Position numbers and translations under genes: made by a program. The notes under the pieces were generated by a model, which was not told the origin of the DNA, did not search any database, and worked only from the letters and a program-made list of their open reading frames with translations. 64,000 nucleotides of DNA from Monocercomonoides exilis PA203 (lineage: Eukaryota > Protista > Preaxostyla). Shown piece by piece: positions 34,625-46,055 of the stretch (position 1 is its first letter; the number at the start of each line of letters is the position of its first letter). The stretch is taken from contig LSRY02000024.1 in NCBI GenBank assembly GCA_001643675.2, positions 620,001-684,000 of the forward strand, given 5' to 3'.

Positions 34625-37600
34625 TTACTGTTTAGGAGGGATAAATGGGACAAATTTTGAACCAGAATTATTTCCGGATAAGTTCTGTTCTCCGGCAGAA
34701 TACGCAGGTCCTGCCATTGGATAGTGCATCTTATTCTGCATCTGCATCTGTTGCTGTTGCAGGTGCTGCTGCTGCTGAACAGCAGCTGGCGGAGGCGAAA
34801 GGCGTTGCGGATGGGTCGGATAGCCCATCGGATACTGTCTTGGTGCCATCACATTCGTTGCCTGTAAATAGTCAAAAGGAACGGCCGCAGCAGGATTCGA
34901 ACCCGGCGCGCTCAGAAGGTGCGCTGGGGAGCCCACTGGCTGTACATATGCTGGCTGAGCATATCCTGTCTGTGTATAACCAGGCTGTGCATAACCCGCG
35001 GGGGAGCCGGCGTATCCGAAAGGCGGCGGAGAAATGGCTTTAATGGCCTCGCTTTGGGTGTATCTGAGGGCGTCGTCGCTCATCCAGTGGAGCATCATCC
35101 ACTCGTCGCACTGACGCCGGAAGGATGTGCAGCGCACACCAAATGTGACAGTCAATGACCCGCTGTTTCTTTTGGGTTTGCATTCAGATGGAGATTTGGA
35201 TGGAGATGAGGAAGAAGAAGGTGAAGAAGAAGGTGATGGTGTTTGAGTTCCACCAACAGAAGCAGGCGAGGCGGCTTTCTTCTCTTTATTCTCCACTGCC
35301 ATCAATCCAGTCACTGCTCCACTTCCTTCTCCTTCTCCTTCTCCTTCTCCATCTTCCTCCCACTCCCCGTCTCCTTCTGTTCCTTCCGCTCCTTCAATCA
35401 GCTTCATCTCCCTCAGAGCCTTCACCGATGCAAACTGTGCAGCTCCGACAGAACAAGGGAGAGGAACAGGCACATCTGCAATCACTCCATTTCTCGTCTG
35501 GTGTGCCAAAAGCGCCTCAGCCGCTGTCATCGACGCAGGAGCAGGCACACAACAGGGAGGGACGATGCGACTTGTTCCTTGGCGCAGTAAGTAAGAAGGA
35601 GGGTCCACGAGGAGGTTGTGGTGAGTGGAGGAGGAAGAGGAAGAGGAAGAAGAAGAATCGCTTTTCGATGAAAGTTCACCTTCACCTTCTCCTTTTGCCT
35701 CATTTTCTTTCTCAGCCTCAGCCCCAGCCACAGCCTCGTCCAGCTGATTGTTTAGTATTTCCTGGTGCAGCTGCATTCCCGTTGGGTCGTACTGCTTTCG
35801 GTGCACGCAGATCTTCCAGTCGTAGAAGAAAGGCTCAGAATAGTCAGAAATGGGCTGCGAGTGGCGCGCGAAGGAGGAAGAGTTGGCAGTCATCACAGGA
35901 ATGAAGGAAGAAGAGGGGATGAGGGGGGCACCACGGGTAGAAGAGGGAGAGGAAGAAGAGGAAGAAGATGGAGGGAAAGGAGAGAAGGAAGAGGAAGAGG
36001 AGGAAGAGGAGGGGAATGTGAATGAAGGGGAAGAAGAAGAAGAAGAAGAAGATGTTGGGAATATGGTTTGAGAAACTGATAAGGAAGCCACTGAAGATGT
36101 TAAAGAAGATGAAGAAGAAGAAGAAGAAGAAGGTGCAATAGAAGCAGTTGACGATGATGGCTTAATAACACCTTTCGATGGTTTTATAAGCGGCAAAGGC
36201 GAAGAAGAAGAAGAAGAAGAAATAGAAGAAGAAGAAAGAGAAGAAGCATTCGAAGGAGCAATCGACGGCTTCACAGTAGCCGCCAGGGGGCTCCCAGCCT
36301 TCTTCGCGACAGGCGAGCTGATCTCCCTCGGCTTCTGCCTGAGGATAATGGCAGGCATTTCTGGGGCTGTGAAGGAGAGCGCCTTTGCGGCTTGCTCTGC
36401 CTGGCTGCCGGGCAGCAGCAGAGAAGGGTCGGTGGCAAAGGCTGGGCGGCGGTACAGCTCCATCAGTCGGTCGCAGCACCAGCGGGGAAAGCTCTCAACG
36501 AGCTCGACGAAGACTGAGATGTTCATTTGTTCTTTGCGCGGCAGGGCAGAGAAAGAATGTGGCTGGGTCGGAGTGTCCTTTCCGAAGGGGTAGAGGCGCA
36601 GACGCCACTTGTGAGGGAACGGAGGGTGGGTGAAGATGGGGGAGACAAGAGAATAAGAAGAGGAGGAAGAAGAGGAAGAGGAAGAGGAAGAGGAAGAAGG
36701 TGATTGTCCATTCACACTCTGGCCAGCTGGGGAATAAGCAGGGGGCGGGGAAAAACGGCAGTTTTTGCGGTCGATGTGGAGGGAGAAGATGTCGTCGAAG
36801 GTGTAAGTGAATGTGATGAACGGCGGGAAGAGCGGGTCGAGCGACAAGAAGGGGGTGAATGGAGAAGGTATGGTCGAAGCGACGCGAGAGAGGGGGAAAG
36901 GGTAAGGCGTGTCTTCAGCAGGGTTGGAGGAAGGGAACGCGGCATATGGGAATGGGGGGCGCAGCTGCTCGCCGAGCTTTTTCTCGTACAGACGGGAAAA
37001 TGTGAGTGCCTGTGAGAAGTATTTAAGAAGATAAAATAAAAAAAGGAAAGGAAAAAGAAAGAAAGAAAGAAAGAAAGAAAGAAAATATGTAAAAAAGTCA
37101 AAATTTATAAAAAAGTTAGTGAGTTTGAGGATGCGAAAGGGGGAAGAGTGTTTGAAGAAGCGAATATATTGCAAAAATATAGCAAGAAATAAGGTTTAGG
37201 TGGAATTGCGATGTAATAAAAAAATTGTTATGTTTGACACATCAAAAAAGCAAGCGCGAAAGGAAAAATGTGATTAGTTATTATTTTATGGATGATTATT
37301 TAAGAAATAAAGGATGAAACCTGCATTTAAAAAAACATATCAAACCTGAGAAATTGACTCTGAAAGAAGCTTCTTTTTAACTGGGATTTGAGAAGCATTT
37401 TCTGGCTTCATTAGATCTTCCACCTGATCTTTCAAAATTTGTAATTCCCTTTGCCATTTAATACCATCACTTTCGTGTCGATCAAAAATATTACAATATG
37501 ATTTCAATTCTCCATCAAGCGTTTTTCTGTATTGATTTTGCCATTGTCGCACCATTGAGTCAACATCTTTTTGACGAACTTCTTCGTTGTGCTTGTATGT

Positions 37601-38147
37601 CTTGATTATCAGCATTATTTCGTTCATTTCATTTATGCGATCCTTAAGACGCTCGTTCATTCTTATTATTTCAAGTTTCTGTTGGTCTGAACCTTCAGAT
37701 GCTTGACAAATTTTGTGAAGTCGGTGCTCTTTTGTTTGTGCCAAACAATCACCGCAGATTTTCTTATCGCAATCCAGACAATAATAGTTACATGTCAAAT
37801 TAGGATGTTGTGAACACTTGACTTCGTTGTTTTCTTTGTCCTTCAAAATTAAAGTAAATTTCTTCAAAAAAAAAAAGGTTTTTTAATAAATAAAATTTTT
37901 TAATCAAATAAAAAGCGCACACCTCTTCAAGCGTGCTTTTAAAGCGATTTAGTGCAACGGCATTTTCTATTGAAACTCGTTGCCGGCATAGTGGGCATTT
38001 TCCTTTTTCCTCCAACCATTCTGAAATGCAATTATGACAAAAGATGTTTTGACAGCATGGTAAAATTACAGGATCGTTGGCTTCGCATAAGCAAATAGGA
38101 CAAGAAAATAATTCTGCTGTGGGTCTTTCTTCTTCGATTGCACTCAT
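34625..38147 (-). CDS. TRIM37: TRIM37-like E3 ligase (RING, B-box, coiled coil, MATH), ~1,041 aa; exons 38147-37923, 37861-37346 and 37009-34625
   Basis: RING: CPICLC..PCCQNIFCHNCISEWL...CPLCR. B-box: CSQHPNLTCNYYCLDCDKKICGDCL...HRLH. MATH pieces: WRLRLYPFG, ISVFVEL, YDWKI, VGAAQF, LTVTFGVRCTSF. Two phase-0 GT-AG introns (37922-37862, 37345-37010). Confidence 0.75.
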
Positions 38148-38324
38148 TATCCTCAAAAATTCTTTCCACCTTAAATCAATTATATAATGGGTATTTTGCA
38201 ATTGTTTGTTTTTGTGAATTCTCTTTTATTCGCCTTCACTTATCATAAATTAGCCCTGGGTGACGTGAAGGAAAAAATTTGTCACGTCCGTCACCAATTT
38301 TCCAATAAGAAAAAAAAAAAAAAT

Positions 38325-38356
<32 letters not shown>

Positions 38357-38689
38357 ATATTAATATTAATTTTCAACAAAAATAAATATTTTGAAAATAT
38401 GAAATATATAATTGGATTTTATTTTCTTTCTTCGGTAAGTTTAGGATCAAGTTTTCCCATTGCAACATGATATTATAAATGAAATGATAATTATTAAAGA
38501 GATGACGAGTAACTGGAACCAATTCGCAAATTTTTGGTATAGGCACTGACATATTCACATGAATTTTTATTTATGGTTAAAATTCTTTCGCCTTTTATAC
38601 AAGTATTAATTTTTATGAAAAGATCAAAGTGTTGATTTTTCGGAATACCATATTTTTTCAGTTATCATTTCCCTACTATATTGCTTTCA

Positions 38690-39025
38690 ATTCGTGTGCT
38701 TTATCTTCTGAAAGCTGCATGGAACAAGGAGATAAACGAAAAGGCTCAAAAAGATGTGGAAATGGCATTGTTGGCTTTGAGCAACATTCACAAAAGATTT
38801 GTATGAGAACCGCCTTTTTATTTTTTATGATGTGATTAAATTTTCTTTAAACCTTTTTATTTCTTTTAACGTCTTTTTAAGGAAATTCCAGAAGAATTGT
38901 TCTTCGACGAGATCAAAGAAATTGTGGAATATCATCAAGAGCACCACAACCTTTTTCATCTTGAATATGGGGCAAAATATTTGACTTCAAGCATTTTCAT
39001 TGAAAAATTATGCACTTTTCATTGA
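38690..39025 (+). pseudogene. Intron-containing fragment of a multicopy hypothetical gene family inside element 2
   Basis: LYLLKAAWNKEINEKAQKDVEMALLALSNIHKRF, then a phase-0 intron at 38801-38881 (GTATGA..TTTAAG), then EIPEELFFDEIKEIVEYHQEHHNL. It is homologous to the minus-strand relic at 39340-40740. Confidence 0.7.
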
Positions 39026-39339
39026 ATTTTTTTCATGAAAAAATATTAAAAAAATAGGTCCATTTTTTGACATCAAAGAAATATTGGAAAACTTAATGTT
39101 TTGATTTCAATGACACATATTTTCAAATATGAAAATCAAATTTATTTCTTTATATGATAAAGTTTAATAATGTCATGAGCGAAATAATTTTTCAATGCCT
39201 TGTGCAAAAAAAGCTTGAAAGTCCGTATTTTCCCCCAAATGTTCTCATTTTTATAATATTCATGATATTCAAAAAAAAACTCTTGAATGATTAGATTCAA
39301 AATAAATTGAAACAGCTTTTTAAAAATAAAACAAAATAG

Positions 39340-40740
39340 ATATTATTAACAACAGACAAAACCTGTATATCTCTTTTTTAATAGGCCAGATAAATCAGAA
39401 GATTCAATTAATGAATTTTTTTTCCCATTTTATCAAACAAATGATATCAAAGAATTCTCAGAAACAACAAGGAATAAAGAGTATATCGGTAATAAACAGA
39501 TGAAAAATTGCACTCATAAAAAGCAAGTATAACTGCTCCATTATTCAACAAGTCTTCAAATTTTAAAACACTGCTTCTCTCCACTCTGCTTAATAAATAA
39601 ATGTTTTTTTCGATAAATGTCTCAGTGATCATCCTTTTCAGCAAAAAACTTATTTGAAAGGCTGGTGATTTGTCCAGAATATATATTTCTCAATAATCGG
39701 CTGCAGTTAAATCAAAAAGGCATTGTTTGGATGTGTCAAATGATTATTTTTGCTTTTTTCTTTTCTTCTTTGTTCATTTCCTCTGATTTTCTCTTTCATT
39801 CTATTCATTTTGACATCTAGTCCAATTCTCTTTTTGCTTTTCTCGCAAAAATGTGGTTTATTCGCAACAACTATTTCGAAGTGTTTGTTGTATAAAAATC
39901 TTTTGTTCTAAAACTCCGAAGTTGACTGGCATACAAGGCTTGTCAAGATTCAATGCTCCTGATTACGTTGGATAATCTCTTTGATGACATTCATTTATAG
40001 ATCTTTTTTTTTGTATTCAAATTAAACAAGAAAATTTTCCATAAATGAAGTCAAAACAATTCATAAAATTAATTAATGAACAAATTACATTCTTTTCTTC
40101 AAAATGCAACCCAGCGCCTTCAAAGTCATTTCGACTTTTTTATTCGAAACTCCTAGCTTTCTTCTTTGATCGATGCAACATCCAAAAGGCAGAGCACACA
40201 GATGAAAATCAATTTCGATGAATCCCAAACAATAAAATATGGCATTCGTTTAATATTATTGATAGCCTCTCATTTCGTTCTTTTTTTTCATTTCAGTTCG
40301 ATTGAAAAGCAACACAAAATAGAAATAATTTGAATTCCAAATGAAAAATTCAAATAATAAACATTAGTCTTTCTGATACAACAAGCTAACAATACGTTTA
40401 AAGTTTGCGCATATTCTTGAAATTAATTTGTATTTCTTTTTGAACTGAGTTCAAGAGAAAGCGATTAAGTGAACGATCGAGATAAAGCAACTGAAAAAAA
40501 AACTTCTAAAAAAGAAAGATAAATACAAATAAACAACATATATAAACACATAAACAGCAGAGTTCATCAATTTTTGTAAGCCATATGTGGAGAAACGGAA
40601 AGTTCAAATGAAGTCAATGATCTCACCCATTATTTTTTAATTTTTCGCAATTTTAAAAACTGAACGTGATAGATGAAGTTTCGCCAAATAACAATAATTT
40701 TTAAATAATTAGAAATAGTGAGCTTTTCATATACTGTTTG
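39340..40740 (-). pseudogene. Heavily decayed, longer copy of the same hypothetical gene family inside element 2
   Basis: Minus-strand relics occur in order: VLCLLDVASIKEES..KVEMTLKALGCI (~40200-40100), IKEIIQRNQEH*ILTSL (~39990-39940), AKRELD*MSK*IE*KRKSEEMNKEE (~39840-39760), VLKFEDLLNNGAV (~39570-39530). Boundaries are approximate. Confidence 0.6.
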
Positions 40741-41514
40741 TATTTTTGCTCAACTCGTCTGTCAACTAAATTATATCTCGCCTTTAATATGCTTCAAGAT
40801 TCCTTTTGAAAAATCCAAATGCACATGCAACACTTTATTTTCATTAGATGATTCAGTGCCTATTTCAAAGAGTTATGAAAATTTCTCGTTTCAATATCTG
40901 TTTCCAATATAATTTTAATTGTTTCATCGAAGATGAATAGAAATGAGATTGTGAATGTGATATGAACTTTTGTGGAGTAATCATGCTAAAAAGAAATTAA
41001 AGAGCTTATGAATCAAATTGAAAGAACAACGAAACCGTAAATGCTGAATGATTGGAACATAATTATTCCCGTTTTTGTGCAAATTTCTTTTTCCAAAATG
41101 CTGATCTGTCCAAGTGCATTTTATAAAAGCGTTATGATATTTCAGTGTTTTTTCAATTCTAACTCTTGTCCAGATCATACAAAATTCTATGCATTGAAAA
41201 TAGTGACAATTCTGAGTTCATTTTCTTCATTTTTATCGTTCTCATCCATTCTGGCAAGTACTGAAAATTTCAAGCTAAATATAAGACCCAATTTCATCTT
41301 TTTCATCACAAAAAAATGAAAAAGTTGCTAAAAAACCATTCAAATAGGTTTTTTTCGCAACTCTTAGGAACTTCTTCATTGTTTTCAAAAACTTCGAATG
41401 GAATCCTTACAATGTGTTTATTTATTTTTCGGGGGTGTTTGATGTTTTTCACAAAGGCTTTGTTAACACATTTTGTTATAAAATTGAATCACAAAAAAAA
41501 AAAAAAAAAAAAAG

Positions 41515-41549
<35 letters not shown>

Positions 41550-42380
41550 AGACATCATGTTTTTTTCTCTTTTCGTTTATGCAACTTTATAAAAATGACA
41601 ATTAATGTTCTCTTTATGCTTCAAATTGCTTTTATATGTATTTTTTATGAAAAAACGCAATCGTATCGATTGAAAAATGAAATGTTATGGTAGTCAATTT
41701 AAAAAAAAATGATATGAAACTATCTAGAGACGAAACTTGCATATTCTGTTCTTCTGCTTCTTCTTTTGTATTTTCAGAAAAATTGACTGGAAGTGACGTC
41801 AGAAGTCACTGACTTCTGTGACGCGTCAATATTCCGATAACCGCTTTCACTTCAGTGAAAATTGAATAATGGAAAATCTGGTTTTTTTTTTTTACTTTTT
41901 TTTTTTTTTTTTTTTTTTTTCTTGTGACGTGGAAAATTTTGTCACATCCGTCAAAAATCGAAAAAGTCACGTCAGAAGTCACCACGTCACCCAGGGCTAT
42001 CATAAATTATGTTTGTTTCTGAAACATGAAAAAAATATTATCAAGCAAAAATATAGTTTTTTTTATTTATTTTTTCTGTTTCTGAAAAAAAGCAAATATG
42101 CAATTTATTGGAGCAAAAATGGTTGAAATAAAAAAGTGCAGATAACATTGCAAATAAGCCAATAAAACCTTAGTAATATATCGTAAGTTTTGTCTCCACT
42201 TCCTTCAACGAATATGTGCGCGGGGTCAAAAATTTGTCGGTGCAAAAAAAAAAAATAATTGGGAACAAAATTATCAAACTCTCCAGAGTGTTTTGAAGAA
42301 AAATAATAAAGAACGGGAAGCCTTCAAAATCCTTTTATTTTCTATTCCAGATAAAAAAAAATTTTTTTTGTTTTTTTTTT

Positions 42381-42540
42381 GTTATGTTATGTTATGTTTT
42401 GTTTTGTTTTGTTTTGTTTTGTTTTGTTTTGTTTTGTTTTGTTTTGTTTTGTTTTGTTTTGTTTTGTTTTGTTTTGTTTTATTGTTTTGTGTTTTGTTTT
42501 TGTTTTTGTTTTTGTTTTTGTTTTTGTTTTAGTTTTTGTT
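42381..42540. repeat. Compound microsatellite (GTTAT)3(GTTTT)~17 followed by (GTTTTT)n
   Basis: Read directly. Confidence 0.95.
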
Positions 42541-42579
42541 TTTTTGGATTGCAACTTTCTTCGTATTTTTTTTTCATTT

Positions 42580-42837
42580 GGGTGATTATTTTTGAAATCA
42601 TGTTTTTTCTTTCAAAATTTTTAGTAAAAAAAAATTCTCTTGAATAGAAACAAATTAACATTGAAAAATGAAAATACTTATTTAAAAGATTTTTATTTTT
42701 TTATTAGCTAAAACATGTATTTTTAAAAAAACAATTGTTTTATCTTTTTTGTTTGAAAGAACAATTCCTTTTCAAAGTTAAAAAACATTTGAAGACTTTG
42801 CACTCCGAAAAAGTTATGATTTCAAAAATAATAACAC
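42580..42837. mobile_element. MITE family A, copy 2
   Basis: GGGTGATTATTTTTGAAATCAT ... ATGATTTCAAAAATAATAACAC; similar in length and interior to 6250-6511. Confidence 0.6.
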
Positions 42838-43063
42838 ATTTTCTCTTCCTCATCACAAATATTAATAAAGTGTTTAATATTAAGCACTTTTACACACACA
42901 TCCAATTTCCAAATTATCAACAGTCATTTTGTGCAAAAAAAGTAATTCAAAATGAAAATTCTTAATAATTAATTTCACAAAATTTATAAATTTGTAATAA
43001 ATTTAAAAAAATTTTGTTTATCAATTATGAATAAAAAGTTTTCCAAATTAGAATAACGATTCA

Positions 43064-43441
43064 CAGATATCGCAAAAAATACCGGACATCACACAAAATC
43101 CCGGACAAGATCGATTTCACAACAACTACAAGACGAATAATTCTGACAATTTTCCTCAAAATACACATCATCAATGCAAACTCAATTGATAAACGAGAGT
43201 TTCATTACAACTTTATTTGTTCTCAGAAAAAAATTATAATTGCAATTATGGAGAAATAGGATTTTGAGTTTCTCCGAGATTTCGATATATATTTTTTCTG
43301 AACTCAAATGAAGCTATTTTGAAAGTTTTGTGTATCAAATGAGTTTGTATTGATGAGATATATTTTGAGGAAAATTGTCAGAATTATTCCTCTTGCAGTT
43401 ATTGTGAAATCTATCTTGTCCGGCATTTTGTGCGATATTTG
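43064..43441. mobile_element. MITE family B, copy 3
   Basis: CAGATATCGC...GCGATATTTG|TA; includes a ~20-bp tandem duplication in the left arm; homologous to copies 1 and 2. Confidence 0.85.
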
Positions 43442-43555
43442 TACGTGAAAGACAGAAAAAAAGCACTTTGAACATATCAAACAATATTATCATTTTTTTC
43501 AAATAATGAAAAAATTAACATTTGTTAATCACCACATTTCCTAATTATTTTTATA

Positions 43556-45800
43556 CCATCGTTCTAAAACCCGGTACTTTTTCTAATACCCGGACTAAAC
43601 AAAAATATATCACATTTTTATTTCGCAATCATTCCTGAAATTTGTTCATCCAATTTCAGATTATCGTTCTCTAAATTCAAACAGTTGGATTTCATTGTAT
43701 TTTTTCATTTTATGTCAATTGTCGCAGAAAATTGAAGAAACAACAATATATTTCAGCAAAGGCAAACAACAACGTTTTAAATTGTGAAACATGAAGGAAT
43801 ATTATAAGATTGATAACATGGAATTTATTTCTTTATACTGCAACATATTTGATCGAATGAATTTCATTTCCTTTTTTATAATTTCATTATTTTAGTCGAA
43901 AGATCAAAACCATAAAAATGACAAACCATTGCGAACTTTCTGCATCAGACCTTCAAAAAAAATTGGCATGTGCTGAAATTAGGAAATTGGGCAGCATTTC
44001 AAAGAAAATTTTCGAAATCAAAAAGAATAATGTTGTGTCACCTCATGTGGCAATAGGATCTGGAATAATTTCAAAAGGCTCTTGGTATCGAGGAGTGAAT
44101 GCACAGAAGAATAACAGAGAAGTGGGAATCAATGGAAGGCCTACCATTATTACAGACTCAATGATTGAAACAATAGAAAACAAAACGCTTGTTATGCTGT
44201 CAGAAGGGAAGGTTGTTCGAGTAAAAGATATCTACAAAATGGTTTGAAATTAGAATTTCTTATTTCTTTTAATTTTTTTTTATTATTTAGATGAAAGATT
44301 ATTATGAAGAAAACTCCAAGGAAAAAACAAAAATAAAATTTCCATGTATTTCAGCTGCATATTATTTGATCGATCATAACAAAATACTCAAATCTGCATT
44401 ATCCAAACCGATGGAACGATCCAAAATGTTGGCACAGTCACCAGATGGTATCCGTAAATGGTTTGATCGATTCAAAAATGTTTTGGATACATTCAATATA
44501 GGTGAAAACGGTATATTTAATTTCGATGAAACATCTTTGAGATGCGGAGAAAGCTCATGCAAGCTGTGAGTGTGTTTAAGAAATCAAATTCCTCCGTCAC
44601 ATCCAATTCCCAACAAAACAACAAATTCGACTCTTTGTGTTTGTGTTTGTGCTGATGGATCGTCTTTGCCTTCTTTTCTTCTGTATTCCAGTCGAAAGCT
44701 TCCAGTAGAATTTCGAACCCTAACATCATTCAACATACGTTTTATCTCATCATCTTCGGGATGGATAAATTCATCAATCTTTGAAACGATCATGATTTCC
44801 CATTGGATTCCTTCGAATAAAACAAAAATGAAACTCTTAAATATGCCAAAAGCTGTTTTCCTTTTTGATAACCATCCTTCTCACATCAATGAAAAAGTTG
44901 AGAAATGCGCAGATAAACAAGGAATAATAATGATGAGATTTCCTCCAAATCTCACTCATCTTCTTCAGCCATGCGACAGCAGCATATTTGCAAGATTTAA
45001 AAAGACTTTTAATGACAATTTCAACCCACCGCAACCACATTCTTCCTCTTCGTTTCGAAGTGAATTAGCAAAAGTTCTTCCTGAAGCACTCACTTCTTCA
45101 ACATCTCCATCAACAATAAAAAGCGCGTTTCAGAAAACTGGTATTTGGCCTGTGATGGCCGCACCTGTTCTGTCAAGAGTTTCTGGTTCACCCATTTCGC
45201 AGAGAACAGAAGAAAAATCAAACTGGGACTAGGAGTTGTATGGAAAATTTTCTCCCACAAACAAAAGGATAAAAACAAGAACAAGCCATATGGATCGCAG
45301 CAACATGAAGCCAGTAGAAAGTGAGGAAACATCTGTTTCAAATTTTCAAGACAGAAAGGATGACAGCATTCCTGTGAAAATGCGCACAAAAAAAGTGAAA
45401 CAATCCAGAAATCAGTTAAGGAAATTGCTGAGCAACATAAATGAGCCAAATGAAAAGAGTTTGAATTATGAGAAATCATCAAACAAATATGAATTGAGAG
45501 AAAGAAAAGTTAAGAAAAAGCGACTTTTAATTTCGTACGATGATGATGCAAACTTTGCGAAGAATTTCAGTACTATTTAGATTTTTACTGTTCAATCCAA
45601 TTCAATTAACTTCTTGAAAAAGTGTGTGTGTTTTGACTTTTTCATGATTAAAAATAAAGATTGTTATTGATCAGGATGTTTTGATTTTTTATTCAAAAAA
45701 GATAATCAAAATTCACTTAAAACTTGAAGAAATTTTGTGTGAATAATCATAGAAGAATATTCCCTAGTTTTAGAAAAAGTACCGGGTTTTAGAACGATGG
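43556..45800 (+). mobile_element. pogo-family (Tc1/mariner superfamily, DD35D) DNA transposon, 2,245 bp
   Basis: Perfect 31-bp TIR CCATCGTTCTAAAACCCGGTACTTTTTCTAA with TA TSDs at 43554-43555 and 45801-45802. The empty site is in the paralogous locus near 7243-7246. Confidence 0.93.
43918..45580 (+). pseudogene. pogo/DDE_1 transposase with a 49-bp intron and two in-frame stops
   Basis: NFDETSL, CVCADG, SSSGWINSSIF, FLFDNHPSH-(35 aa)-QPCD and SAFQKTGIWP. Phase-0 intron at 44242-44290. Stops TGA 44567-44569 and TAG 45230-45232, with the same frame continuing after each; the second may be the natural stop. Confidence 0.88.
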
Positions 45801-46055
45801 TAATTTAGTTATAATTTTTCTGAATTATTTCGATTTCAAGAAACAAAGAGTCTATGAATAAGAATTGTTCACACAGAAAAAAAAATAGAATCTTTGACAT
45901 GCATAATTAATCGAATAATGAATTTTTGCAATTATGATTTCAAACAGAAAACTCATTTCTATTTTTGAGATGGAAATGAATTCTTTTTTTGAAAAGGAAC
46001 CCTTTATAAATGTTAATTGACCACTTTTATTCATTTTATTGATTAAGCGTTAGAG

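Larger units (their letters stand above)
38251..41999. mobile_element. Non-autonomous hAT-like (Pack-type) TIR element 2, 3,749 bp
   Basis: Perfect 17-bp TIR TAGCCCTGGGTGACGTG (38251-38267) / CACGTCACCCAGGGCTA (41983-41999). 8-bp TSD TCATAAAT at 38243-38250 and 42000-42007. Clustered GTGAC/GTCAC subterminal motifs with A/T tracts just inside the ends. Confidence 0.88.

Noticed and set aside
37321-37345. AG|GT 25 nt into TRIM37-like intron 2, a possible recursive splice site or micro-exon
   Set aside because: Not distinguishable from chance without RNA data.
42293-42661. ORFs of FCFVL repeats
   Set aside because: They are translations of the (GTTTT)n microsatellite.
44566-44580. GTGAGT...TTAAG could be a 15-nt intron removing the transposase stop
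   Set aside because: It is far shorter than the other introns here (49-336 nt); a CGA-to-TGA type point mutation is simpler.
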